Under the pieces are notes generated by a model that ran no database searches, was not told the DNA's origin, and saw only the letters and a list, made by a program, of their open reading frames with translations. 64,000 nucleotides of DNA from Candidatus Latescibacterota bacterium (lineage in GTDB: Bacteria > Latescibacterota > UBA2968), in assembly GCA_965207885.1 (NCBI GenBank), contig OZ242311.1, positions 6,016,001 to 6,080,000 on the forward strand, read 5' to 3'. Position 1 is the stretch's first letter; each line of letters opens with the position of its first letter. This document shows, in pieces, positions 37,986-47,982 of this stretch. A program made the translations under genes and the position numbers.

Positions 37986-40900
37986 TCATTGACCAATCAA
38001 GCCCATTGAGCAGATAATCTGGGGTTCCTGGCGTTCGTCTTCCTGGTTTACAATACAAAGCCTGTCTTCATCTCTGAGGGCGATGACCAGTTGTGCGAGG
38101 GTCTCGTCGGAGATGCCGCTACGCAACTGACGGTTTAGCGTATCTACTGCGGCTTGACGCAGGGGATAGCGGTATATGTCATCTACCGCTCGATGTAGTA
38201 GCTCTGTGTCGAATAACGTGCCTTTGACGTTTTCGGCATAGTTTTTGAGTCGTTCATAAGTTTTGAACCGGGCACCCGATGGGCGACCGAGTTGACCACC
38301 GACCTGTGCTTCTTCGCGGGCGATGTGTTCTGCGGCTTTGTACACCAATTCATGGTGGGTGTCGTGGCGCGGTAGGGCCGGTTCGTCGGGTAAGCAGGCC
38401 GCGGTACGCAGGATGTCGAACTGGCTCTCGGTTACGCTACTGCCTTCGCGGTCCATCCACGCTAAGGCATCGTGTCCCTGTGCTGTGCGCATATAGACCA
38501 GAGCACCTTCGGGATGTTGCGGCGTTTGTGCGTAGGCGCGTGAAGAATGGACGACGGATGGCATATCTTCGATTTTCTTTTTCAGCGACGGATCGGTTGT
38601 TGTCGCGTTTTTCCAGATCTGGTAGGCATAAGAGGAGAGATCGACGTCGGTTTCTTCTTCGCCGTCGAGGATGCCTGCCTGCTCGTGGTACAGATTGCGA
38701 ACAGCCCGCTCGTCTTCATCCTCAAAAAAGGCTTCGTCGGTTCCAACGACTTCGGCATTTTGATCGAGGCGTGTTCTAACGCGCGTCCGAAGCTGGATGA
38801 GACGTTCAATGCCATCCGCGGGGAGAAAGGAATAGCACAGGATGGTGTCCGCTTGCTGTCCAATGCGATCCACGCGCCCGGCGCGTTGAATCAGGCGGAT
38901 AATCGCCCAGGGGAGATCGTAATTTACGACAATGGCGCAGTCCTGAAGATTTTGTCCTTCGCTCAGGACATCCGTGGAGATCATGATCCGAAGTTCCTTG
39001 TCACTCGTAATGCGATCCTCTTTTTCGTTGCTCTTTGGGCTGAAACGCCATGCCAGCCTTGTCGGATTGTCCGTGTCTCCGGTTACGGCTGCCATATGCG
39101 GTACGCCGCGTGCTCTAAGCTCGCGCCCCAGATAGCGCACTGTGTCGGCGAATTGCGTAAAGACCAGAATCTTGTGATCCGGGTGTGTGGCCATGAGCAA
39201 ATCTTCCAATGCGCGGAGTTTTGTATCTTCCTCCGCTTGCCAGGTCCCGAATTGAACGAGGAGGTCGCGTAGCATTTCAGCGTCGTTCTTCAGGTCCTTG
39301 CGAAGACTGTCAACAAAATGGTGTGAGGCCAGCCAGCGAAATCGATTTCTGTATGCAGAGGCATAGAGGGCATAAACTTCAGCGGCTCGTTGGCGAAAAT
39401 CCTTTTCAGTTCTCAGTACTTTCGCTTCGTTGACGTTTTCGTTCGCATCGTCGTCATCTTCTTCGAAGAGATTTCCCGTTGTGCCTTCCACATCTTCGTC
39501 ATAGGAATGTGAATCCAGTAGTCCCGCGTCCGTTGTTCCGATTGGGATCGGCAGGTCATTCTCAATGGCGTGGAGAAAAATGAAGTTCCGCAATATGTGC
39601 CGTTCAACAGATAGCAGGAAGGCATGACCGCTACTTTCGAGTCGTTTGAACAGGTTGGTTCGGCAGAAGCCCATGAGTCGCTTGCCTGCGCGCGATAAGT
39701 CTTCGCGGATTTTTTCCTCGGTTGATGTTGGTGGCGTGTGTAGCGAGGGTGTGACGTAGTTGCCGAGGCCATACCGCGGAAGTTCCAGGCTATTTATGGC
39801 ACCAACCACTTTTCCCGTGAACAGGCGGGCGTACTGATCGCCAATGTCGAATTGAATCGTCTTGGGAACCCGGGTGGGGAAATAGGAGCGACTGCCGTCT
39901 TCAAATGTCAGGTATTTCTTTTGAGTGGTCTCATCGGTGGCGGCATAGTTGTCTCGAATAAAGCTGCGGGTCCTACGCACGAGATACAGGCGCATGAGTT
40001 CCTGCCAGTCTGCCGCGTGTTCGGATCGCTCGAACGCAGCCAGTGTCCGCAACCCTGCCTGGTGTTGGCGGATGAATTCTGTCTCACCTATCTTCCGCAA
40101 CAGGCGTTCCGGACGAATTCCCAGGTCTTCATCTTCGGGTACAAACAGGCGAAGTTGGCTGGACAGGTCCAGATATGTCTTGTTGTAGGGCGTCGCGGAC
40201 AGCAGGATACACTTGCTGTCGTTTTCCTGGATGTATTCCTGGATGGCGCGGTATCGCTTGCCTTCTCGATTTCTCAGATTGTGGCTCTCATCAATTATGA
40301 TCAGGCGATAACGGCGCATGTCGGGCAATGCGTTGATTACGCTGGTGATTGACAATACGTGGGCGCGCATCCGGTACTGATGGCGGTAATATTCCCACAT
40401 CGGAACGAGATTTTTGGGGCATAAGATCAGCGTTTCCAGGCCGTGATCGTCCTCAAATACGCGCGCCAGAGCGGTTGCCATGAGCGTCTTGCCCAGCCCG
40501 ACCACATCGCCTATGATGACGCCGCCCCGTCGGTTGAGGTGGTGTGCGGCGATCTTCACAGCAGCCGCCTGAAAGTCGAGCAATTTGTTGTCGAAGTCTT
40601 TTGGGATGCGAAATTCCGTCAGGCCAGCCCGCGCTTCTTGCGACAAATGGTACGCCATTTTGATGTAGATCTGGTGGGGTGGAATCAGTTCTTCGCGCGC
40701 CCAACTTTCCTCAATAATCTCGCTGAGTTCTTTTGAGATATCGACGCACCAGCGATCATTCCACCTGTCTTCGAACCACGTCGCCAGCTTTTGACAGGCA
40801 TCGTGATCCAGCACATCGACGTTGAGTTCGCCTTGATAGGAAAGGCCCGATAATGTGAGATTGCTGCTTCCGAGGTATCCAACTATGGGGTTGATTGGAT

Positions 40901-41345
40901 CTGGCCGAAACAAGAGGTAGAGCTTTGCGTGCAGCGAGTGTCTGAGGAAGAGTTTGACGACGAGTTTCTTTGCCTTGATCTGCGCCGCCAACCTCCGCAG
41001 ACCCGCCTCGTCTTCATTGGTCGGAGCACCCAGGATCAATTGTTCCCGAAATTCCTCTGCCAGTCTTTTTTTAAGCCGAGACGCGGTCTGATTATCGAGT
41101 CCCCCCTGATAGGCTGCAAAACTTTTGGCAATCCGCAACTCTTCGTGTGGCAATTGTTGCATGCCGACGAGAAGACGGCAACATTGACCATCTCCACCCG
41201 CCCACTTTTCGACGTATTCGTCGATTGAACGCCAGCCCCGAAGATTAAAATAGCCAACGCAGAAATCCGCACGTTCTGAGATTTCCATAGTCTCTACTAA
41301 CGCCGGGCGAAGACTTTGTTCGATATTGTCAAAAATCCGGGGCAT
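37986..41345 (-). CDS. PLD (HKD) nuclease plus SNF2-type helicase
   Basis: VGYF, LHAKLY...GSSNLT; DVVGLGKT, IDESHN, SATP, LSEGQNLQ, QRAGRVDRIG. Confidence 0.9.
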   Translation of the reverse strand: MPRIFDNIEQSLRPALVETMEISERADFCVGYFNLRGWRSIDEYVEKWAGGDGQCCRLLVGMQQLPHEELRIAKSFAAYQGGLDNQTASRLKKRLAEEFREQLILGAPTNEDEAGLRRLAAQIKAKKLVVKLFLRHSLHAKLYLLFRPDPINPIVGYLGSSNLTLSGLSYQGELNVDVLDHDACQKLATWFEDRWNDRWCVDISKELSEIIEESWAREELIPPHQIYIKMAYHLSQEARAGLTEFRIPKDFDNKLLDFQAAAVKIAAHHLNRRGGVIIGDVVGLGKTLMATALARVFEDDHGLETLILCPKNLVPMWEYYRHQYRMRAHVLSITSVINALPDMRRYRLIIIDESHNLRNREGKRYRAIQEYIQENDSKCILLSATPYNKTYLDLSSQLRLFVPEDEDLGIRPERLLRKIGETEFIRQHQAGLRTLAAFERSEHAADWQELMRLYLVRRTRSFIRDNYAATDETTQKKYLTFEDGSRSYFPTRVPKTIQFDIGDQYARLFTGKVVGAINSLELPRYGLGNYVTPSLHTPPTSTEEKIREDLSRAGKRLMGFCRTNLFKRLESSGHAFLLSVERHILRNFIFLHAIENDLPIPIGTTDAGLLDSHSYDEDVEGTTGNLFEEDDDDANENVNEAKVLRTEKDFRQRAAEVYALYASAYRNRFRWLASHHFVDSLRKDLKNDAEMLRDLLVQFGTWQAEEDTKLRALEDLLMATHPDHKILVFTQFADTVRYLGRELRARGVPHMAAVTGDTDNPTRLAWRFSPKSNEKEDRITSDKELRIMISTDVLSEGQNLQDCAIVVNYDLPWAIIRLIQRAGRVDRIGQQADTILCYSFLPADGIERLIQLRTRVRTRLDQNAEVVGTDEAFFEDEDERAVRNLYHEQAGILDGEEETDVDLSSYAYQIWKNATTTDPSLKKKIEDMPSVVHSSRAYAQTPQHPEGALVYMRTAQGHDALAWMDREGSSVTESQFDILRTAACLPDEPALPRHDTHHELVYKAAEHIAREEAQVGGQLGRPSGARFKTYERLKNYAENVKGTLFDTELLHRAVDDIYRYPLRQAAVDTLNRQLRSGISDETLAQLVIALRDEDRLCIVNQEDERQEPQIICSMGLIGQ

Positions 41346-41500
41346 ATTGTGATCCAGGGTTTATATTTTTGAAGGATAGGCGTGTTCTTAATCTCATTTG
41401 TTCATGGTCGTTATAAACCGCCATCAGAGTCTATTTAAAAATCTCCATACTGTCAAGGGTTGGACATTTGATCTTAAAAATTAACGTTATACAGTACTTC

Positions 41501-41761
41501 GGATAAGTCATCGCGAAAAACCATTGCACAGCGCGCGAGTCCGTCTCGCAGCGGACATCTTTATGGCATCTCCACTGTGAAGGTCACTCCATGTAGTATT
41601 TTCATAGAAGCGATTTGCGCTGTGCAAGCCCCTCGGCGTTTGAGAGCGGCATTTTTTGCTTACTTTTTTTTGCTGGTGAAAAAAAGTAAGTCGCCGAAGG
41701 CATGAAAGAAAAATTTTAAAAAAGCTTTGCAGGTCGTTTTACCACAACAAATGAATTATCC
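41501..41761. repeat. MITE-like structured intergenic element
   Basis: Imperfect terminal IR GGATAAGTCAT/ATGAATTATCC; internal IRs TTGCACAGCGC/GCGCTGTGCAA and CTTACTTTTTTT/AAAAAAAGTAAG. Confidence 0.5.
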
Positions 41762-41955
41762 ACACCCCTAACCATCGTCAGATTCTATTGAAAATCACTT
41801 CGACATCAACGATTGGGCATTTGATATTGCAAAGATAAAGTCCTATCTTTCGAATGATGCAGATACAGCGCATATCGGGTTTGCTTTCTCTTATGTGTTG
41901 GATTATACTCTGTATAATATGGTTGAACAGTATCTCGATTTTCAAGGAGGCTGAG

Positions 41956-43047
41956 ATGGCTGATACGCTGATGGATGAGGTAAAGATAGAAAGGCGAAAG
42001 AAGACAGCGGTGATTGATTGCGATGTTCATGTGACTATGAAGTCTGGGGATATGTGGTTTCAATATCTGGCAGAGGAATGGCACGATTATCATCGAACCA
42101 TTGGTGGTCGTGGACGCATCGGGTCGGCGTATCCCCGCGCGGTGCCAAATGCCGCGCGCCACGATGCATGGCCCCCTTCGGGACCGCCGGGATCCGATTT
42201 GGATTTTTTGCGCGCGCAATTGCTGGATGAGTGGGATATGGATTACGGCATTTTAACGCCTTTGATCGGCGTGGGTGGGCAGCAAAATTTGCGTTATGCT
42301 GCGGCGATGGGGCAGGCTGTGAACGATTGGCAAGCCGATGCATGGCTCAGTCGCGAACCCCGGTTGCGCGGGTCTGTGATTGCGCCTTATGAAGATGGCG
42401 AGTTGGCCGCAGCAGAGATCGACCGCAGGGGCGATGATCCGGGATTTGTGCAGGTGCTTCTGGTGGTGCGGACTATGGAGCCTCTGGGCAGTCGAAAGTA
42501 CTGGAAGGTGTATGAGGCTGCGGTGAGAAATGGTTTTCCCATTGCGATTCATTTTGGCGGTACAGGCGCAGGTCCGATTACGGGCGCGGGCAAGCCTTCG
42601 CATTATATTGAGGATCACGGTGGTATGCCCACGGCATTTCAGGCGCAGGTGACGAGTCTGGTGTATGAGGGGGTGTTTGAGGCTTTTCCGGATTTGAAAG
42701 TGGTGTTGATTGAGGGGGGATTTGCTTGGATGCCCGCATTGATGTGGCGGCTGGATAGTTGTTATCAGAAGCTGAAGGTGGAGTTGCCGCATTTGAAGCG
42801 GTTGCCGTCGGAGTATGTTCGCGATCATTTCTGGATCAGTACGCAGCCTATGGAAGAACCCCCACAACGCGAGTACTTTTTTCAGATGATGGATCATATG
42901 GATATGAACGATAAGTTGATGTTTGCTACGGATTATCCCCACTGGGATTTTGACGCGCCCGATGTGGCGCTGCCTTCAGGTATGGATAAGGATGTGCGGC
43001 GCAATATTCTGGCGGAGAATGCGCGGGCGTTGTATCAGTTGGCGTGA
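41956..43047 (+). CDS. Amidohydrolase_2-fold protein, probable dinuclear-metal oxygenase
   Basis: AAGGAGG RBS before ATG 41956; IDCDVH, IAIHFGG, IEGG, STQPME, ATDYPHWD; adjacent Rieske gene. Confidence 0.8.
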   Translation: MADTLMDEVKIERRKKTAVIDCDVHVTMKSGDMWFQYLAEEWHDYHRTIGGRGRIGSAYPRAVPNAARHDAWPPSGPPGSDLDFLRAQLLDEWDMDYGILTPLIGVGGQQNLRYAAAMGQAVNDWQADAWLSREPRLRGSVIAPYEDGELAAAEIDRRGDDPGFVQVLLVVRTMEPLGSRKYWKVYEAAVRNGFPIAIHFGGTGAGPITGAGKPSHYIEDHGGMPTAFQAQVTSLVYEGVFEAFPDLKVVLIEGGFAWMPALMWRLDSCYQKLKVELPHLKRLPSEYVRDHFWISTQPMEEPPQREYFFQMMDHMDMNDKLMFATDYPHWDFDAPDVALPSGMDKDVRRNILAENARALYQLA

Positions 43048-43055
43048 GGAGTACT

Positions 43056-43496
43056 ATGGCAAAGCATATTATAGGAACGGTTGATGAGATCCCTCCGGGG
43101 GAACGGAAGCTGGTGATACTGGAAGGGCGGGAGATCGGGGTGTTTAATGTGCATGGCGAGTTTTATGCCTTGAGGAATCGATGCCCTCATCAGGGGGGCG
43201 CGCTGTGCAAGGGGCGGGTATCGGGTTTTGTGACCGCGAGAGTGCCGGGAGAATACGAGTACACGCGCAAGGGTGAAATTTTGCGGTGTCCGTGGCACGG
43301 ATGGGAATACGATATTAAGACGGGGCAGTCGTGGGTCGATCCTTCCAGTGTGCGCGTGCGCAGCTATGAGGTGGAAGTTGCACAGGGGGCGGAGATAGAG
43401 GGCGAGGGAGATATGGCGGGATTGGTAAAGGGTCCTTATGTGGCAGAGACGTATGAGGTGACGGTGGAGGAGACGTATCTCGTTGTGGAACTATGA
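43056..43496 (+). CDS. Rieske [2Fe-2S] ferredoxin
   Basis: CPHQG...CPWHGWEY; start ATG 43056. Confidence 0.9.
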   Translation: MAKHIIGTVDEIPPGERKLVILEGREIGVFNVHGEFYALRNRCPHQGGALCKGRVSGFVTARVPGEYEYTRKGEILRCPWHGWEYDIKTGQSWVDPSSVRVRSYEVEVAQGAEIEGEGDMAGLVKGPYVAETYEVTVEETYLVVEL

Positions 43497-43510
43497 GAGG
43501 ACTATTCTCG

Positions 43511-45004
43511 ATGCGCGTGGGCATTATTTCGCTGTTGCACGAGTCGAATACGTTTATCAGCACGCCAACGACTATGGATTCGTTCCGACGGGACGGGATT
43601 TTTACGGGTCGGGCGATGTATGATCACTATTCGGGTGGACATCACGAAGTTAGTGGGTTTTTAGAAGGTTTGGAGTCGGCAGGCATAGATGCTCTGCCGA
43701 TTTTTCATGCGGGTACAACGCCTTCTGGACGCATTACCAGAGGGACGTGTGAAGAATTGATGCGGTTGATGTTTGATGAGGTGGAGGCTGTGGGTGATGT
43801 GGATGGGTATCTCGTGGCACCTCACGGGGCAAATTCGGGTGAGGGCGATGAGTACCGCGATCTGGATGGGCACTGGTTGTCGCGTTTGCGCGAGGTGGTT
43901 GGGTCTGAGAAGCCGATTATTTGCACGATTGATCCACATGCCAATTTGTCGCCGCGCATGGTTGCGGCGTGCGATGCGACGATTGCCTATCGCTCGAATC
44001 CCCATCTCGATCAGAAACAGCGGGGGTTGGAAGCTGCGTCGTTGATGGTGCGAACGCTGAAGGGGGAGGTGAAGCCTGTACAAGCGGGGGCTTTTCCGCC
44101 TATTGGGATTAATATTGAGCGTCAATCGACTTTTGCGCCGCCGTGTTTGCCGATGTATGAGTTGGCAGATGAGATGCTGGAAGAGACAGGTGTTTTGTCG
44201 AATAGTATTGTGCTGGGTTTTCCGTATGCCGATGTGGAAGAGATGGGGTCGGCATTTGTGGTGGTGACAGATGGTGATATGGACCGGGCACAGGTGCTGG
44301 CGAATCGTCTGTCGGATTGTTTGTTCGTACATCGTGCGGAGTTTGTGGGAGAGTATATCGCTGTTCCCGATGCTGTCGATATGGCGGTGGGACAAGAGGG
44401 TCCTGTTTGTTTGCTCGATATGGGCGATAATGTAGGCGGGGGATCTGCCGGCGATGGTACGGAGATTTTGCACGAGTTACACAGGCGAGGGAATACCACG
44501 GGCTTTGTGTGTATTTTTGATCCGGAATCGCAGGAGCGAGTGCGAGATGCAGGGGTTGGAAATCGCGTGGTGCTGGATATTGGTGGTAAGACGGATGAGT
44601 TACATGGTGCGCCTTTGAGGGCAGAGGTGCGGGTGCGCAGTTTGCACGCGGGGAAGTACAGAGAATCTGAGGTGCGACACGGCGGGCGAACGTCTTTTGA
44701 TATGGGTCCAACGGCGATTGTGGAGACGGATACGGGTATTACAATTAGTTTGACTTCGCGGCGCGCGGTGCCCGTGAGTCTGGGGTTGATGACGAGTTGC
44801 GATCTCGATCCCGCTGCGTTTCAGGTGGTTGTGGCCAAGGGTGTACACGCGCCTGTTGCGGCGTATCAGCCGGTGTGTACGGCTTTGATTCGGGTGGATA
44901 CCCCCGGCGCGACAGCGGCGGATATGCGAGGTTTTGAATACGAGTTTCGCCGCGAGCCGATGTATCCCTTTGAGGAGATTGGGGTGTCAACCACCCCCGG
45001 CTAA
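43511..45004 (+). CDS. M81 family (MlrC-like) metallopeptidase
   Basis: HESNTF, PHGA, DPHANL, YRSNPH.D, DMGDNVGGG..GDGT; last five residues are supplied by the IS end. Confidence 0.88.
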   Translation: MRVGIISLLHESNTFISTPTTMDSFRRDGIFTGRAMYDHYSGGHHEVSGFLEGLESAGIDALPIFHAGTTPSGRITRGTCEELMRLMFDEVEAVGDVDGYLVAPHGANSGEGDEYRDLDGHWLSRLREVVGSEKPIICTIDPHANLSPRMVAACDATIAYRSNPHLDQKQRGLEAASLMVRTLKGEVKPVQAGAFPPIGINIERQSTFAPPCLPMYELADEMLEETGVLSNSIVLGFPYADVEEMGSAFVVVTDGDMDRAQVLANRLSDCLFVHRAEFVGEYIAVPDAVDMAVGQEGPVCLLDMGDNVGGGSAGDGTEILHELHRRGNTTGFVCIFDPESQERVRDAGVGNRVVLDIGGKTDELHGAPLRAEVRVRSLHAGKYRESEVRHGGRTSFDMGPTAIVETDTGITISLTSRRAVPVSLGLMTSCDLDPAAFQVVVAKGVHAPVAAYQPVCTALIRVDTPGATAADMRGFEYEFRREPMYPFEEIGVSTTPG

Positions 45005-45090
45005 AGCCTGTGGGCTTGTCCCTGCCACATGATTCCCCCGGTGGTTGACACCACCATTGGGGGTATGGCGAGACTTTAGGCTTGTTGACA
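44966..45090 (-). ncRNA. omegaRNA of the TnpB element; predicted guide ACCCCAATCTCCTCAAAGGG
   Basis: Overlaps the tnpB 3' end and the right-end hairpin; 5' GTCAAC is complementary to 3' GTTGAC. Confidence 0.75.
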
Positions 45091-46277
45091 CAAAGCCCTT
45101 GCCCGGATGTTCCGAGCAGCGTTGCGGTCGGCATGGTCTTTGTGACCACACACTTTGCATCTGAAGGATGCCTGGGTGTGTCTATTGCCTTTCTCACAGT
45201 GTCCACACTCGGCACACGTCTGGCTGGTATATTTGGGGTCAACAGGTTTTATGCGGATACCAGCACGCTTTGCCTTGTATTCGACGAATGTGCGGAGCTG
45301 GAAGAAAGACCACCCAGACAGTTTAGCACGTTGAGGCTTGCGAAACCGTTTCTGGCTCTTGCGGATGCCTTCGAGGTCTTCAAGGGCAATGGCTTTGCCA
45401 GTGTCTTTAGCCTTCTCAACAATGCGCTTAGAGATGATATGGTTGGTGTTCCTGCGAAACCTGCTCTCTCTACCAGAGATAACAGAGAGTTTTCTACGGA
45501 CATTCTTCGGCCTCTTGCCTTGCTTGACAAGAGCAGACGCTTTCTGTTGGAGCGACTTTTTCAGATCGTGCATCTTCTGTCGGACATTTTCAACCGTGTC
45601 GCCAGAAAATGTTTCACCATCGTCTGTAACAGCAAGGTTGGTGGTGCCGAGATCAACGCCAATGAAGTCTGTCGTCGGTATCGGCGTGCCGTCGGGTACA
45701 TCGACAGAGACAAGCAGAAACCACTTGCCGTCTTTGCGGAGCACAAGGTCTGCTTGCCCTTTGGCATAGCCAAACTGCTCACGCTGATAGTTGCCCATCA
45801 ACATTGGCACAAGCACGCGCCCTTCAAGGGTGAGCAACGAAACACGATCTATGCCCTTAAAGCTATACAACCGTTGATCATAGGGCATAGCAGCAGTTGG
45901 GCGAAACGACGGTTGCACCGTTTTATCGCGCTTAAATGCTTCTACAACCTGGGCAATGCAACGGATAGCCATTTGTGCGGACAAACCAAATTGGCGACGC
46001 AAGTCTGAATAGTACAACTTTTGTAGGGCAAACTTATTCGCCAACGTGCGCTCATAAGCCTTCGATGCAAGATAGTTGGCAGCCTCATTGAACCGTGCAA
46101 CAGTCGCTTTTAGCTTCTGGCCTGTGGCAACGTCCGGCAACAGTTGTATTTGAAGTGTGAGTTTCATATTGACAAATATACTCAGCATAACACGCTTTGG
46201 TAAGGATCAATTTGCTAAAGCAAAACAAATTCTAAGCCCTTACCTCCCAAGTTTAAAAACTTCGGCATCACGGGCTT
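44986..46277 (-). mobile_element. IS200/IS605 family element, tnpB only (IS1341-like), 1292 bp
   Basis: Left end TCAC|AAGCCCGT-GATG-CCGAAGTTT..AAACTTGG; right end CAAG-CCCACAGGCTTTAGCCGGGGG-TGGTTGAC|. Removing it restores GAG ATT GGG GTG TGA and the surE RBS. Confidence 0.88.
45076..46167 (-). CDS. tnpB: RNA-guided endonuclease TnpB
   Basis: RuvC D-E-D intact (IGVDLG, IALEDL, HADRNAARNI); zinc finger CAECG...CKVCG. Start ATG 46167 lies 7 nt after TATATT, suggesting a leaderless mRNA. Confidence 0.95.
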   Translation of the reverse strand: MKLTLQIQLLPDVATGQKLKATVARFNEAANYLASKAYERTLANKFALQKLYYSDLRRQFGLSAQMAIRCIAQVVEAFKRDKTVQPSFRPTAAMPYDQRLYSFKGIDRVSLLTLEGRVLVPMLMGNYQREQFGYAKGQADLVLRKDGKWFLLVSVDVPDGTPIPTTDFIGVDLGTTNLAVTDDGETFSGDTVENVRQKMHDLKKSLQQKASALVKQGKRPKNVRRKLSVISGRESRFRRNTNHIISKRIVEKAKDTGKAIALEDLEGIRKSQKRFRKPQRAKLSGWSFFQLRTFVEYKAKRAGIRIKPVDPKYTSQTCAECGHCEKGNRHTQASFRCKVCGHKDHADRNAARNIRARALCQQA

Positions 46278-46289
46278 GTGAGGTGATTT

Positions 46290-47051
46290 TTGAAAATTTT
46301 ATTGACGAATGACGATAGTTTGGATTCTCCTTTGTTTCTGTTTGCAGTGGATTATTTTCAGGTGATGGGAGATGTGAAAGCCGTGGTGCCTGCCGAGGAG
46401 CAGAGTTGGAAAGGCAAGGCGATGACGCGGTTTGGCACGCGTCACGTTGAGCGGTTGGATGGATTTGCGTGTGAGACGTATGCGTTTTCGGGGACGCCAG
46501 CGGATTGCGCGAATTTTGGCATTTATCATTTGTTTGACGGCGGCAAACCCGATCTGGTAATTTCGGGTATTAATATGGGTAGTAATTCGGGGTTGAGTTT
46601 CACGCTTTCTTCGGGGACGGTTGGAGCTGCTTTAGAAGCCAATATTGCGGGATTGCCGGGGGTGGCATTGTCACAGGTTTTGCCCAGACATGTGTTTCGG
46701 CAGTGGGTTGAGCAGCGCGCGATGCAGCCCGGTGTGCGGGAACCGTTGTTGGAAAATTGTCGCGCGATGTTGCACCGGGTGTTTGCGTTTTTGAACGATC
46801 GGACAGATTTTCTGTCTGATCCCGTGACGTGGAATGTGAATATGCCGGCTGAACTATCTGATGACTGGCGCGTTATACCAACAGTGCTCGGGCATACGTT
46901 TTACACGTCGTGTTTTGAGGCATCAGAAGACGGTTATTATCACAATATTGATCAGCCAGAGGTAGAAGAACGCGCGGGTACAGATGGTATGGTTTTGCGC
47001 GCGGGGCATGTGAGTATTACGCGGTTGGATATTCGCACGCTGGGGCAATGA
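46290..47051 (+). CDS. surE: 5'/3'-nucleotidase SurE
   Basis: ILLTNDD, GTPADC, DLVISGINMGSN, SGTVGAALE; TTG start. Confidence 0.88.
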   Translation: MKILLTNDDSLDSPLFLFAVDYFQVMGDVKAVVPAEEQSWKGKAMTRFGTRHVERLDGFACETYAFSGTPADCANFGIYHLFDGGKPDLVISGINMGSNSGLSFTLSSGTVGAALEANIAGLPGVALSQVLPRHVFRQWVEQRAMQPGVREPLLENCRAMLHRVFAFLNDRTDFLSDPVTWNVNMPAELSDDWRVIPTVLGHTFYTSCFEASEDGYYHNIDQPEVEERAGTDGMVLRAGHVSITRLDIRTLGQ

Positions 47052-47071
47052 CTCTAAAATGGGAGATTTGA

Positions 47072-47947
47072 ATGAGTAGTTTTGAAGGCGTAGTACCTGC
47101 TATTGCGACGCCTATGGGACAGGACGGACGGTTTAACGAAGCGGTGTTTCGCAAAATTGTAGAGTTTAATATTGAAGCCGGTGTACACGGTTTTTGGGTC
47201 GCGGGGGGTACCGGGGAGAGTGTGTTGTTGGACGATGATGAAAATATGCAGGTTGCATCGGCGATTGTGGATCAATCGAATGGGCGTGCAAAAGTTATTA
47301 TGCATGTGGGTGCGCCAACAACAGACCGCGCAGCGCGATTGGCCGAGCACGCAGCCCGTGTGGGTGCAGATGCGCTGTGCTGTGTGCCGCCGTTTTTTTA
47401 TCGGCGCGATGACGACGATATTGCCGAGCATTATCGGATTGTGGCAGATGCTGCTGATCTGCCGCTCTTTGTGTACAATTTGCCGGGGGCAACAGGCGTG
47501 GAAATTACGCCTGGGATGATGGCAAAAATTCAAGACCGCGTGCCGCAACTGAAGGGGTTAAAGCATTCGGCTCAGACGTTTGCAAATGTGCGGACGTTTG
47601 CCGGGATGGGCTTGTCGTGTTTTATTGGCAATCACCGGTTGATGTTGCCGGCGATGACTATTGGCGCGTGTGGGTGTGTGGATGGGCCGCTGAATGTGTT
47701 TCCCGAATTGTGGGTGGCGATCTGGAATGCGTATCGGGCAGGGGATTTGAAGGCGGCAGAAGCAGCACAGGATAAAGCATCGCGTGCTTATGAGATGTTG
47801 AGCGCAGGCGGCGGCTTTCATTCGGTGATCAAGGTGGCGTTGAGTGCGCGATTGGGGGTTGATTGTGGAGACCCGAGGCCGCCAGGGCGACCGGCGACCG
47901 ATGCACAACGCGCACAGATTGCGGAAACTGTGAAGAGTCTGGTGTAA
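47072..47947 (+). CDS. DapA/NanA family aldolase
   Basis: GGTGE, PPFFY, VYNLP, KGLKHS Schiff-base lysine. Confidence 0.88.
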   Translation: MSSFEGVVPAIATPMGQDGRFNEAVFRKIVEFNIEAGVHGFWVAGGTGESVLLDDDENMQVASAIVDQSNGRAKVIMHVGAPTTDRAARLAEHAARVGADALCCVPPFFYRRDDDDIAEHYRIVADAADLPLFVYNLPGATGVEITPGMMAKIQDRVPQLKGLKHSAQTFANVRTFAGMGLSCFIGNHRLMLPAMTIGACGCVDGPLNVFPELWVAIWNAYRAGDLKAAEAAQDKASRAYEMLSAGGGFHSVIKVALSARLGVDCGDPRPPGRPATDAQRAQIAETVKSLV

Positions 47948-47982
47948 GTGAGCAGGCAAATCCAAAATCAGGGATAAATCCC

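Noticed and set aside
27683-41345. Prophage, ICE or integron
   Set aside because: No integrase, structural or conjugation genes, tRNA att duplication or clear attC sites seen.
45082-46008. 308-aa ORF antisense to tnpB
   Set aside because: Shadow ORF with no TnpA HUH motif.
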